This document shows, one piece after another, positions 12,335 through 24,499 of a stretch of 64,000 nt of DNA. This DNA comes from Octopus vulgaris (Eukaryota), in contig OX597829.1 in assembly GCA_951406725.2 (NCBI GenBank), positions 27,900,001 to 27,964,000 of the forward strand, given 5' to 3'. Made by a program: the position numbers and the translations under genes. Positions within the stretch are counted from its first letter, which is position 1. Every line of letters starts with the position of its first letter. The notes below the pieces were generated by a model. That model was not told the origin of the DNA. It did no database searches and was given only the letters and a program-made list of their open reading frames with translations.

Positions 12335-12520
12335 AGATCGTTAGCTCCTACATGCATTTTTTTCCCTCCTTGTTTTTTTCTGTGTATCTTTCTGTCGAAG
12401 AGTGTAGGCGCAAAACATAAAAGACTTTTTCTATTTCTATTCCTGAGCGCTATACTAATACATTTGTTTGTTTGTACTCCACCTGCCTTCGTCTTTTGTT
12501 TATTTTCGTAAACTTTCCCA
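12335..12520 (+). mobile_element. Penelope pLTR-like fragment (related reverse copy at about 2860-2990)
   Basis: GAAGAGTGTAGGCGCAAAAC...ATACTAATACATTTGTTTG...CCACCTGCCTTCGTCTTTT matches the reverse complement of 2860-2960. The Penelope assignment is an inference from the motif style. Confidence 0.5.
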
Positions 12521-14422
12521 TTATATATATATATATAAAATGTATTTGCTTTCCAATGTCTTTAAGGTTTATTTCTTTACACAAAGCATCATATTCTTAT
12601 AAATGATTAGATCTAGCCCTTACATTACCCTCTAATAGGGAACCAAATTTCTCAGGAAATGTACTATCTTAGGTAAAGAATTGAAATTCAGTAGGACAGT
12701 AACAACAAGCAGCGACATAAATGTCTGGACGAGAATATTTTAAAGATATCTGGTGAGATGATATAGTGCCAATCTTGTGTGACATGTGTCAGTCAGGGAG
12801 GTACATTATGAAATATCTAACAAGATTTGTATTGGTTCATTTTCTCTGGTTAAATTTGACTACCTAAACAAGCATTTAAGAAAAAATTTTTTGCTGGAAG
12901 TTATGTTGAAAGACAATACAAAAAATTGTGACATACATGATATCAGAGAAAAAGAAAAGACTTTCCACCTGAAAATATTAACTACTAATTCCTCTGAATT
13001 TCTTCAGAGTAGTATAAAATGCCTCATGGTGGGTGTTTATTTTCATTTTACATTGACCTTGAAATTTAAGTTTGCTTGATAATAATGTCTGTAGTTACTG
13101 TTCTTGTTTATTTGTTATATCTTCCAAATAGTGTAGATTTGGTAGAAATTATCCCAATATTGATGCCTGGTCGATAATGAACCATTTAAACATACTTTCA
13201 TAAGTATAAAGAGATTTTTTGAGCATTCTAAAAATTTTTGGAAACCTGTTTTTGTTTAACTTTCATGGGAATGGCCCTACATCTCATTTAGTTTTCCCTG
13301 TAGAGCATAATATGCTCTGCTGAGTCAGTCAAGCAATACTGAAGCATACAAATCTGTTGTTTAGATCATTTGTTTTCGAAGGCCAGATACTCTCCAATGG
13401 CCAGTATTTATATAATCTAAATATTTCAATTAACTGATCTTACTGAAGTTATATTTCCTTGTGTGTTGATTATAGATTTTAAATGCCCTGCTCAAAGGAG
13501 TTTTCGTCTAAGCTATTATTAAATAGTCAAACATTTTTCACTCACTGTATTACTATGTGAGACCACATAATATTTCTAGTTGATGCATGCCCATTTATAT
13601 GTAGTGACAAAGATAGTTTCTTGAAAAATTATTAGGTTAGGTAGCAAACATTATTCAAAGAAAATTCGCTGAATTTGTTTTAATTCAGATATTAATAAAT
13701 AACTAGAAGCCAGTCTATTTTATTCTGTTTTGTATAACCCTATATGTGTTCAACTATTTTTCAGAAGAGAGAAAGAGAGAATTTGAAATTAGCCTTCCAT
13801 TTTGATTTTTCACTATATCACACTAATAAAGTAATGAAATATTGTTTATTCTACAGTTCGGGTCCTTGTGAGGCTTCTATTAATGCAATACTTTTATTTA
13901 CCCTTTCTCTCTTACACACTTAATACACATACACATATTACTATTAAAGCTAACCCACATTTATTTCACGTATAAACAATTTCTCAAATGTCATATAGAA
14001 ACTACATTCTTGGTGTGCAATTGTGTTCGAATAATGTTTCAAGGAACAGACAGACAAAAAGGCAAGGAACAAAAAGTGTGAAGGGAGAAGATCAATAATT
14101 GACTGAAGAAAAAAAGAAGATATGAGTCAAGAAACATCGTAGAAAATAACTTGCCATCACATTCTGTTTGTTTATTTATTTATTTATGCTCATGTCTCCA
14201 TCAGCTTAAATTGTGTCACTTATAAGGATTGTACAGATGAGAAAGGGAGAGGCCTGGAATAGGAGACAAGGAAAGATTCAGTTTTATTCTGTATTCCAAT
14301 GGGAGTAAACTCCAACTCATTCCAAATCTCTCTCGCTGTCTCTCTCTCGGCCTGTCTGTCAGTCTATGTATCTCTTTGTCTGCCTATCTATTTCCCCATG
14401 TATCTATTTCTCCATCTGTTTG

Positions 14423-14474
<52 letters not shown>

Positions 14475-14519
14475 CACACACATATATGTAAATAAAATTG
14501 AACACACATACACAACATG

Positions 14520-15220
14520 TGTGTGTTCTTTGTTGTGGGCAGCTGCATTTTTTTGGCATAAGATAAGCTCCAATATGAACATTTCAAAGTGTTTGGGTGT
14601 CAATTTGAGAAACATGTACCAAGAGTGATAGAAATCAAAGATCCAGTCAACATCATGGTGTTTGGAGTGATCAGTAGTGATGGCAATGTTATGCCTCCAT
14701 TCATCTTCCCATACGGCCTCACACTCAACACAGAGGCCACATCAAGTGCTTGGAAGAGATAGTGCTGCCCTGGATCAAGAGGGTGGCTGCTGGAAGACCC
14801 TATGTTTGGCAACAGAATTCTGCACCATGTCACACAAGCAGGAGAGCCCAGTCATGGCTGTCAGACAATTTCTGCAACCACATCACCCCTAACATCTGGT
14901 CACCTAATTCCCCAGACTGCAACTCCTTTGATTAATATGTGTGGGGCACAGTTGAGCGAGAGACCAACAAAACTCCTTGTAACACCAAGATGAACTGAAG
15001 GCAAGGATTATGCCAGCATTCACCAATTTAAACAAGGAGATTGTCCAGAGGAGTTGCAGAAGAATATCTGAAGTCATCTGGAGGCTGCAGTTGAAGCCAA
15101 TAGCAATTTTATTGAATAAATTTACTCTTTAGTATTTCAAGATATTTTTATGTAATTTTGGTAAATATATCTGTTAAAATGAGATGTCAGAGTTATTTTC
15201 ATTTTTGCCTAATTTAGACA

Positions 15221-15222
<2 letters not shown>
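14520..15222 (+). pseudogene. Tc1/mariner transposase catalytic-domain remnant (maT/DD37D-like)
   Basis: Translates as IMVFGVISSDGNVMPPFIF, VWQQNSAPCHTSRRAQSWL, WSPNSPDCNSFD*YVWG and LEAAVEANSNFIE*, with frameshifts. Confidence 0.85.
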
Positions 15223-15264
<42 letters not shown>

Positions 15265-15326
15265 ATAAAAATGGTAAGATAACAAAAGAAAGAAAGAGAC
15301 CCCAATATTATGTAAATAGAGGAATT

Positions 15327-15554
15327 TATCTGTAAATGTAATAAGTGACAATTATTCGGTAGCCAAGATAAAACTCCGAGTTTCGGATGCTGAGGTGGAA
15401 ATCCATGCCACTTATCCGGCCATCAGAAAAACGCTATCTTTTTCCGATGGCTGGATAACTGAAGAGGTGGTGACGTGGATTTCCACCTTGGCATCTGAAA
15501 CTCAGAGTTTTATGTTGGCTACCGAATAATTGTCACATATTATATTTACAGATA
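15327..15554. repeat. ~230 bp palindromic (foldback) element flanked by (TA)n
   Basis: TATCTGTAAAT..GTGACAATTATTCGGTAGCCAA..AAAACTCCGAGTTTCGGATGC mirrors GCATCTGAAACTCAGAGTTTT..TTGGCTACCGAATAATTGTCAC..ATTTACAGATA. Confidence 0.85.
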
Positions 15555-15815
15555 CATATAATTATATATATATATATATAATTATATGTATGAATGTATA
15601 TATTCAGGGTGCGAGGGCTGTTTGAGGACATTCCATTTTCAGTTGTGTACACCTTCAAATTATTTATTGTATCATTTATTTTTTATCAGATAAGCCTTTC
15701 AAGATATTATGCTAACTCAAAATGTGAAAAGACATGCAGTCATAGTTGCTATACATGCAAACCACAGTTATTTAGAAATTAGCAGCTTTCTAAATGTTGC
15801 AAGATCAAGTGGTAT

Positions 15816-16035
15816 ATTCTTCTAGCTTTCGCTGATCATCTCTTTTTAACCAAATCCAGTGGCTAGTCTTTTCCGCTGTAGTTAGGATATCGATCATGGT
15901 GGCATTTACTTTACGATGAGTTAAGCCTCGTGATAACAACAGTGGTTTCACACTATGTCCAACAAACCCTCTACATCTGACTTCGATTGGAAAATGCTCT
16001 GCTTTCCAGCCTGCATCTTCTCATTCCTTGAGGAA
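15816..16035 (-). pseudogene. C-terminal restriction-like endonuclease fragment of a HERO/R2-group non-LTR retrotransposon
   Basis: My translation is EDAGWKAEHFPIEVRCRGFVGHSVKPLLLSRGL...AEKTSHWIWLKR, resembling the GW..PxEVGCRGF...AE.AS.W.W.KR end of these elements. Confidence 0.7.
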
Positions 16036-16061
16036 GTTTACATATGTATATATATATATAC

Positions 16062-16101
<40 letters not shown>

Positions 16102-16441
16102 GGTGGATGCCCCCTCATTATCGAATATGACCATTGCACAAAGCTTAATCAATGTTGTTATTGTGCAATGCCTGTGCAAGAAGATTTTTTTTTAAAGTGA
16201 GGAAAGGCTGTGCACTGAGTCAATCCCACTCACTAAGCAACAGTAGCCATAATCCAAAAAGAAGAACAAGTCAACATCATCGGTAACCACTGAACCGCAA
16301 GTTTTATGTCGGAGTTATCCCAGTTACCTGAGTTACCTTCTCCTAGAAGGATGCCCTAACAAAGGCTAGGAGTCCTTCTACTCCCAATGGTTTAACTGTG
16401 CGATCAGGTATTCAGTCCGGTTATTTCTATGTCCCTGCGCA

Positions 16442-16492
<51 letters not shown>

Positions 16493-16697
16493 TATATATG
16501 GTTGGGAAGCAAACTTAATGCTCCTGTGCTTATTTATGAAAATTATAAATCACAGAGACTAACGGCTTTGGTTCTTCTTTATATAATAGTATCTATTCTT
16601 TTAAGACGATGAATCCTAAATATTTCCGATAGATTGGAAGAAGTACAGTGTCTCACCGCAAAAAACAAACGAACAAAAAATAAAACATATCAAATCA

Positions 16698-16900
16698 GGT
16701 TTCAAATTTTGACACAAGGTCAGCAATTTCAGAATAGTGGCTAAGTCGATTATATCGACCCCAGTGCTAATCTGGTACTTATTTTATTGACTCTGAAAGG
16801 ATGAAAGGCAAAGTCGACCTTGGCGGAATTTGAACTCAGAACGTAAAGACAGATGAAATGCCACTAAGCATTTTGTCCCATGTGCTAACGATTCTGTCAC
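16698..16900 (-). mobile_element. SINE family B
   Basis: Reverse complement of the family B consensus (GAAAGGATGAAAGGCAAAGTCGACC...TTTGAACTCAGAAC). Confidence 0.8.
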
Positions 16901-17844
16901 CTTCAGAAAGCTTCATATTATTTTCTCATCTTGCTATGACTTACTTCAAACCTTCAATATGATACCGTCTTTTGGGTATTTTAAATATGGCAGAGCGCAT
17001 TCTTCTCCAGGTCTGACCATGGTCGCATTCTTCGTTGTAGATGGGGAGTGTGGGTGAGAGAAAAGAATCAACTCCAGTGCTGGAGTTGTTAGTAAATAAA
17101 ACAAAAGGCTAAAGTTGACTTCGGCAGGATTTGAACTCAGAGAGCAAAGTTTTGGGACAAATACCTCAAAGCTTTAAATGACTCTCCCAGTTCACCTCTT
17201 TGTTGTGAGTTGTGTGAATATGAATCTCGATGAGTTGAGACATTTGTAAGTAAATGTTTTATTTTTTATTGCAAGAACATACGAAATATCATGAATTTTT
17301 AATGCTTCTCTGAAATGAAAAAGGGAAGAGGAGAAATGCATTTTAATCAGCCACAGATTTGATCTCCCGACTTTTAAACTGGCATTCTAATACTTCATCC
17401 GTTTCAACTGTCAAATCACCTCTACAAACCTCAAAAGTCATCTAGGAAATATTGTGTTTTTATTCAATATCGAATGTGAGAAGAAATTAAATATATCTTT
17501 CTTTCTGTTTAGTTTCCACCTTTATATATATATATATATATATAAAAAGGTTTACTGGGATATATATAAGGATGGGGTGGTAAGAAAGAAGTCTCTATTT
17601 TGATACAATAAATATTTTTAAATATCAGTTATGTCAAACAACTCTTATTATCAAATTCTAAGGAACAGACAGAGTGACTGGCAGAGATATATGAATGAAT
17701 GAATAAATAAATAAATTGCTGCAAGATAAGGGAAAGTAACAAAAAAAAAAGAAAAACAGAATTTGTATTTGTTTTTAATTAAAAAATTTTTTTTTATTAT
17801 ATACTGTTATCTGCCTGTAAATTGTTTCCGAAATGAATACTAAT

Positions 17845-18351
17845 CATTCTTTCTACTATAGGCACAAGGCCTGAATTCTTCAGGAAGGAACCTGGATTAT
17901 GTCACACCTGGTCTTTAAGTAGTACTTATTTTATCAACCGCGAAGAGATGAAAGGCGGAATTTGAACTCAGAATGTAAAGACAGACAAAATGGCGCTAAA
18001 CATTTTGTCTGGCATGTTAACACGGTTCTGCCAGCTCGCACTTTAATAATAATCTTTTCTATTATAGACACAAGGCCTGAAATTTTGGGGGAGAGGGCCA
18101 GTCGATCCCGAAAGGATGAAAGGCAAGGTCGACTTCAGCGGAATTTGAACTCAGACCTGGGGAGGGAGGGGAGACAGTCGATCACATCAACCCTAGTACT
18201 TAACTTATACTTAATTTATCGACTCCCAAAAGATGAAAGGCAAAGTCGACCTCGGTGGAATTTGAACTCAAAACGTAGTGGCAGACGAAATACTGCTAAG
18301 CATTTCGCCTAGCGTACTAACGATTCTGCCAGCTCATCACCTATAATAATA

Positions 18352-18395
<44 letters not shown>
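17845..18395 (-). mobile_element. Cluster of three stacked SINE B copies followed by (AAT)n
   Basis: Repeated GATGAAAGGC..TTTGAACTCA blocks near 17950, 18120 and 18235. Confidence 0.8.
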
Positions 18396-18539
18396 TTCTT
18401 TATTGGTCACAAGAGTCGAAAACAAAACAAAAAAAAAGGGAAATACAACACAAGGGACAAGTGAGGTTTAGCACAAAAATTAGTGTGTAAAAAAATGAGA
18501 TGTTTGATTAACAACAATAAAAAATTTAATGGGGAGTTC

Positions 18540-19855
18540 TGCTCCGGAGACAACCAAGGAATCCCATGCATCTTGGTTACCTCGGCCACTAGAGGCATTT
18601 CAGCAGGTGCTTCTCTCCTCAACTCCTCCCACTTTCAAGTGTAAGTTCAGAGTAGGCCCATTCACACAGGTCGTCCTTGTCACATTGCTTCACCTTTTAA
18701 CAAAAATTCTCTGGTAGGCGACAGTACTTCCCTCTGCACCCCCCCACTTTCCTTTTCAAGTGGAGCTTGAAAACATTGATGAGGGCTTGGTCGATGAGAA
18801 GAGTATCTGTCTTCAGTCTTTTCAATCTCGCCCACCACATTACATCTTTCACCATAGTCACCAGACAGAGGAAAACTGCAGGGCGATCTTCAAGATGGAC
18901 TCTGCTGATAAACGGATCTGTCCTGCATGCATTAACAGCTGTTCGACAAAGCTCCATAAGTCAACAATGCTCGGACACTGGATGAGTGCATGCAGAAAGG
19001 TTTCATTCCCCTGTGTACATCTTGGAAAGGTCTGTCTGAGAGCACTTTCATGCCTGTAGAGCTTGTCTTGAACTGGCAGAGGTCACAGGTAACACTGCCA
19101 GGTCAGGTATTTCTGAAAATTATCCATAGACCCTGCCCCCAAAAGTCCTCCGGAAAAGACCAGCTAATTGATCCTATTGATGCCCAGACTTTTCCCGAGG
19201 ACATCGTCGCTCTTGCCTGCCACTAATTTATAAAACCCTAATGTGGAATTTTCCATTGATTGCATTGGCTGAGGGCTGTGAAAGTTTGCTGATCTACAGT
19301 TGATCTAGGACTGTTGCTCCGTTAATGAGATGAGCTACGGCACGCTCAGTCCTTCACTTGGCGGCTGCTGACAACAGATAAACTGTGTGACGAGTGAAAC
19401 CCGTCCCTTCTACATAAACAAACAAAAACAAAAACAAAATAAAAAACAGAAGTGCAAGTGCTCTAGCTTAATCAGTCACGAAGGGATGATAGTCATGCGG
19501 TAGTTGATGACATGTTAGATGCGAAGTACGCATTCGCCACCTCCACCCAACCCTTCAGGGACAAGTTCCTCTGTACCCATTTCTAGGTGAAAGTGGTCAT
19601 CCTGCTCGTCGCCTCCCCCCAGTTCTTCTTCACCTGGAAGTCTGGACCAGACTAGACCCAAGCAATTTAACCGGCCCTACAATGCTATCGAACGACATGG
19701 ACCTACCTTTCTAGGTGTCGAGCTGCAAGCTCACCGATTTCTGGTTAATCTTTGCTCCTGTCAGCATTTTGTAGACCCTTAACGTAGTGCCATTCACCTT
19801 GAATTCCAAGATGTATGACACTATTACGATGACGTCGTCTGCATAAGCCTAAATG
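18540..19855 (-). pseudogene. L1/Tx1-clade LINE ORF2 remnants
   Basis: AYADDVIVIV near 19850-19820, followed by TGAKINQKS and WVQRNLSLKG. The C-terminal VKDVMWWARLKRLK...FKLHLKRKV segment lies at about 18957-18730. Heavily broken. Confidence 0.75.
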
Positions 19856-20614
19856 TGTGTAGTTGGTTGCCCTTGTTCGGGTTGTTTTTCAGCAGCACTA
19901 CCACACCATGGCTCACAACACTGGGTATTCTCCCGATCTGCTATCAGTTGTAGTAGACATCCATCAAGAGAATACCGAATTAGTTTGGCATATAAAAATA
20001 AAGCTCAAAGAACAGACCATCGAGCGCCGGAAACTTCTACTTTTTGCACGTCGACTTTGTGTCATGTATGTCTTTCGCTGAACTCTCCACCCCTGGCTGA
20101 AGAGGTGCTGCATACTGCCAAGGTAGGAGACGAAATCCACTTCCATCTCCGACTCATAGCGCACAAATTACAGTTGAGATAAGTTTAATGATGATAATAA
20201 TTCATTCTTTTATTAGCCACTAGGGATCACATACAATAACATTAAAGGACATGCAACTACATAAAAGACAATAACGGGACGATACAATGGATTTTCCACG
20301 TGTAAACAATATAAATAGCAATTAAAAATTAAACAAAAAAAAATCTCAACATCTGGGACTTGGGCAGTTACAGAGTTATCATAAACGATAACAAAGGGAA
20401 CTGCTTCGAATTGTTATATGAGCTGGTGGCAACTCGGCCAACAAATATGATGATGGAGTAGGAGTTAATAGAGTGTAGAATGGATCAAGATTTAACATAA
20501 AGTGAAGCATGCAGGAGACTGCCTAGAAGACATACGTCCTTTCTTAGTCAAACCAAATTATGAGATATTGACAGGTGATTTCGGAGATAGAAAAGATTAT
20601 TATAATTATTATTA

Positions 20615-20830
20615 AGGTGGTAGTGAGCTGACAGAATTGTAAGCACGTTGGGAAAATTGTTTAATGTCATTTCGCCCATCTTCATGTTCTGAGTTCAAAT
20701 GCCGCCAAGGTCAACTTTGCTTTTCATCTTTTCGGGGTCGATAAAATAAGCACTATTTCAGTATTGAAGTCGATGTATTCCACTATCCTCCTCTCAAATT
20801 TCAGGTCTTATGCCTGAAATTTGAAAGTAG
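20615..20830 (+). mobile_element. SINE family B
   Basis: Consensus match following (ATT)n. Confidence 0.75.
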
Positions 20831-20834
20831 AAAG

Positions 20835-21230
20835 TGGTTTAGCAAGGCATTAACGGAAGAGAGAAATAGAATAGAGGGAGATTTAGTTAGAAAGTTAGAT
20901 GATGCGCTTAGGACAGGCATCGTGACTGACGTGTTGGTGGCCAGATTAGCCCTCGATCAATTTTTCGACACCAAACACGAAGGATGCGTTGTCAGAGCTA
21001 AGTAGATGCGAAGTACGCAGAGAGGGAACAAAAGCATCCTGATGGACCTGTGTAGTGGAGGCTAAACGTGGCAACAAAGCCACCATTCGGTCTTTGGTGG
21101 TTTGGTGAACTAGAACAGCGTGAAGTGTTCGAATCGAAACAGATGTGAGAGGCCTTTCAACAGCACTTTGCTTGACTGTTTGGGACAAGTGGTGGGATGG
21201 ATAACGGAGCAGACTTCATCCGCAACAAAG
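20835..21230 (+). pseudogene. Probable Tx1-like LINE ORF2 fragment (post-endonuclease region)
   Basis: Reads ERNRIEGDLVRKLDDALRTG...LDQFFDTKHEGCVVRAK, similar to the G..IRSR linker of L1/Tx1 ORF2. Stops are present. Confidence 0.45.
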
Positions 21231-21359
21231 CCTTGTGATTGTGAGGAGGCGTTAGTAAGTCCATTTCAATCCTACCCGATCACATTATCACTTATTATTA
21301 GCGGCCTTATCGTTATTTCACATTGCTTTAGAAAAACAACAATGCGATAGAAGTTAATA

Positions 21360-22022
21360 TTGGTTTTTAAATTTTTGGCAAAAGGCCAGCAAGCAATTTC
21401 TGGAGAGAAGTTAAGTCAATTACATTGACCCAGTGCTCATCTGGTACTTATTTTATCAACCACGAAAAGATGAAAGGAAAAGTCGACCTTAGCGAAATTT
21501 GAAATTAGGACGTAAAGATGGAGAAAATGCCGACAAGCATTTTGTCCGGCGTGCTAACGATTCGCCTTAAATGTAAAATTAATATTGGTTGCCATATCAA
21601 GGCGGCAAGCTCACAGAATCGGTAGCATGCCGGACAAAATGCTTAGCGGCATTTCGTTCGTCTTTACGGTGTGAGTTCAACTTCTTGCCAAGGTCGAATT
21701 TGCCTTTCATCCTTTCGGGATTGATAAAATAACAGTTGAGTACTGAGGGTCGGTGTAATTGATTTACCCCTTCTCCCGAACTTACTGGCCTTGTGCCAAA
21801 ATTTGAAACTGATATTACTTGCTATATAAAGGAAGCAAGCTGGCAGAGTCGTTAGCACGTCGGAGAAAATGCTTAGCGGCATTTCGTTTGTCTTTATGTT
21901 CTGAGTTCAAATGCCGCTGGAGTCGACTTTCCCCTTTCATCCTTTCGGGGTCAATAAAATAAGTACCAGTCAAACACTGAGGTCGATGTAACCAAGTCAT
22001 CTCCTTCCCAGAAATTGTTGGC
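21360..22022. mobile_element. Three SINE B copies: one minus (about 21360-21568) and two plus (about 21599-21812 and 21829-22022)
   Basis: Consensus matches. The first two are head-to-head about 30 bp apart. Confidence 0.8.
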
Positions 22023-23022
22023 CAGCTATTTTTGTTTTATGCTATCTTATCTACCGGAAAACAAGATTTTGGGCAAGTTGTTTCGCGTACAAGTCCCACT
22101 GGTCTTCGAATTTTGTTTTCAATCCGAATATCAGACAGAAGATACGATAAGTTTCCCCTTTCTGTATGTGTAAAATACAGGCCTACACGCTGTTTTTTTT
22201 TTGTTCTTTCGAGGGTACAGAAAAGAAAAAAAAAAATCCCTTCATGGCGATCTTTCGATACTAGTAACTTTTTGTACGACGGTATTTCTGTGTGTGTTGA
22301 TATTGCTGTCTTCGCTACAGTTCTTTGTCTGAGAAACTAAAATTTGTCCATGTTTAAAACACGACTGAATATTTTGCAAAGCATGTTTGTTGTTAGTCAC
22401 CTTGGCAAGGTTCCTTTTTTTAATTTTTAATTTTTCATTCTTGCTTTGGGCGGGAGGAGAGTTTTACTTTACCCCTGTGGCTCGACGCCATTTTGAAAGA
22501 AATGCTAAATTGTCAATAAAATATGAAGTTCTTTTTATCGGAGCGCGAAGAGCTCCTCACGACTGCGGCTCCGTAAGATGGTTCTGATTTGTAAACAGCT
22601 TTTAGTAGGAACCAGAAAGAGAAATTTGAACATGCAATGCGCACGTGCACACTGGATTTGTAAAACGGAAGAGAATAAAAACGTAATTCGCAGGCCACAT
22701 CATGCTGTTTTAATTATGCCGATAACAGCATTCGCGAAGAAAAATTAAGAAAAGCAGAACGAAAAAAAATTTTTATATTGACAAAGGGAACTACCCGTTT
22801 TTATGCAACTATACTGTCACTGGCGGGAAATGTCAAAGTGATGTCTGAAAATTAACGGCTATACATGAAGACAATACTATTATATATAGAAACAAAAGCA
22901 ATGATTAAAGATGCATTGAAAAGAAAAAAAGGACTCGACTGTCCTGTGAACTCCAGAAGAAACTTTTTAACAGATTAATATCAATTAAAAAGTTCTATAA
23001 AATAATATATTTGTTTGATCAC

Positions 23023-24414
23023 AACTACAGATGTGAAACTCCCTCGTCACTCTCGACTTTGTTGCCTCATAACTTAACAAAAAAAAAATGGATACTTTCT
23101 TACGAAATATTTAAAAAATACAACTTAGATGCTGTACATTTAGAGGATAATGGGGGAAATAATTTTTGCGAACGATTAGGGAGAGGAGTTTCGGAAAATC
23201 CACACGACCTGACTTTTTTCCTTCATAACTTTCAGGAAAATGGGTCTCATTTAACGAAAGTTTATGCAATATCTTTCAAACGGCATAGATTACGATTATA
23301 AAGAAATTTCTGGGGAAAATTTTTTCTGAGGGTGTGGGGAGAAGAGTTTCTAATTAGAAAGACCACATAAGTTGGAATTTCTCCGTTTTGACGGGGACTT
23401 TTCCAACTTTTTTTCACCACCGCCTTCGAAATGATTGGGGTGGGAGCGGAATCTTTATGAAAAACAAAAATGATTTCATGAATTTTAAACACTGTTTAAA
23501 ACACCTCCTTCACCATCCCACTACAGACCGATTTTGACCAATTTTTTTGGAAGCTAAAAACCATGGGGGAAGACTTCTTGATGAAAAAAAAATTTAATAT
23601 TTTCAGAGGAAAAAGTGTAATTTAGGGGAGATTTAGCTGTTGTTTCTAGCACATCCGAAGACCACGCTCGTTTCTTTCTCACTCTCGCATGTATTGATGT
23701 TTTTCAGTATTTTTCTCCCCATGAGCATATGCTATAAACAAAAATTGTTTCTGTTTATAATTTGAAAATATTTTAGAACATGAGAAGGTCATTACTGGCA
23801 TTTATCCACAGTGATTAAAAAAAATATTGTTATATTTCGGAATGGTCCCTTTTTTTTTCTTGCCAAATTTTGCAAGAAAAGAAAAAAGAGAAATGACCAT
23901 CCTGAAGTATAACTATCTGTTTCAACACACGATTTCATATCAGGAATCCTGCAAAATACATTCGTAAACGATTTTTAGAAAAGGGGATGCAAAAGATAAT
24001 AATAGCATACTTTTTTCTTAGAAAATTGGAAAAATCCCCGTCAAAACGGAGAAATTCTAACTTATGTGGTCTTCCTAATCAGAAACTCATCTCCCCATCC
24101 CGTCAGAGAAAAACTTTCCCCAGAAATTTCTTTATAATTGTAATCTATGCCATTTGAAATGTATTTATATAAACTTTCGTTAAAAGGTACCCATCTCCCT
24201 GAAAGTTATGAAGGGAAAATAGTCGGGTCGTGTGTTTTTTCCGAAACTCCTCTCCCCACCCCATCAAAAAATTATTTCCCCTAAATCCCTATGTACACTG
24301 AATGTATAGCATTTAAGCGGTATTTGTTGAATATTTTGTTATAAAGTATCCATTTTTCTGTAAATTATGAGGCAACAAAGTGCAGAGGCGAGGCTACAGA
24401 TTTGTAGTTATGCC
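23023..24414. mobile_element. Non-autonomous DNA transposon with ~380 bp TIRs
   Basis: About 23055-23407 (TTGTTGCCTCATAA...TTTCTCCGTTTTGACGGGGA) is the inverse of about 24025-24380. Confidence 0.85.
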
Positions 24415-24499
24415 TTTGTTTATATTTCGCAACTTTTATAATCCTTGTAAACGCATATACGCTCCTTTTAGGCCCTGACAAGATATTGAGCACCTAGCA

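Noticed and set aside
17343-17441. Minus-strand 32-codon segment after an acceptor-like TTTCCTAG, with AATAAA downstream
   Set aside because: No recognisable homology and no frame-compatible upstream exon found. The nearby donor-like site near 16944 is equally unsupported.
19853-20182. Overlapping ORFs of 66-109 aa
   Set aside because: No identifiable domain. The region lies among LINE debris and is probably another decayed repeat.
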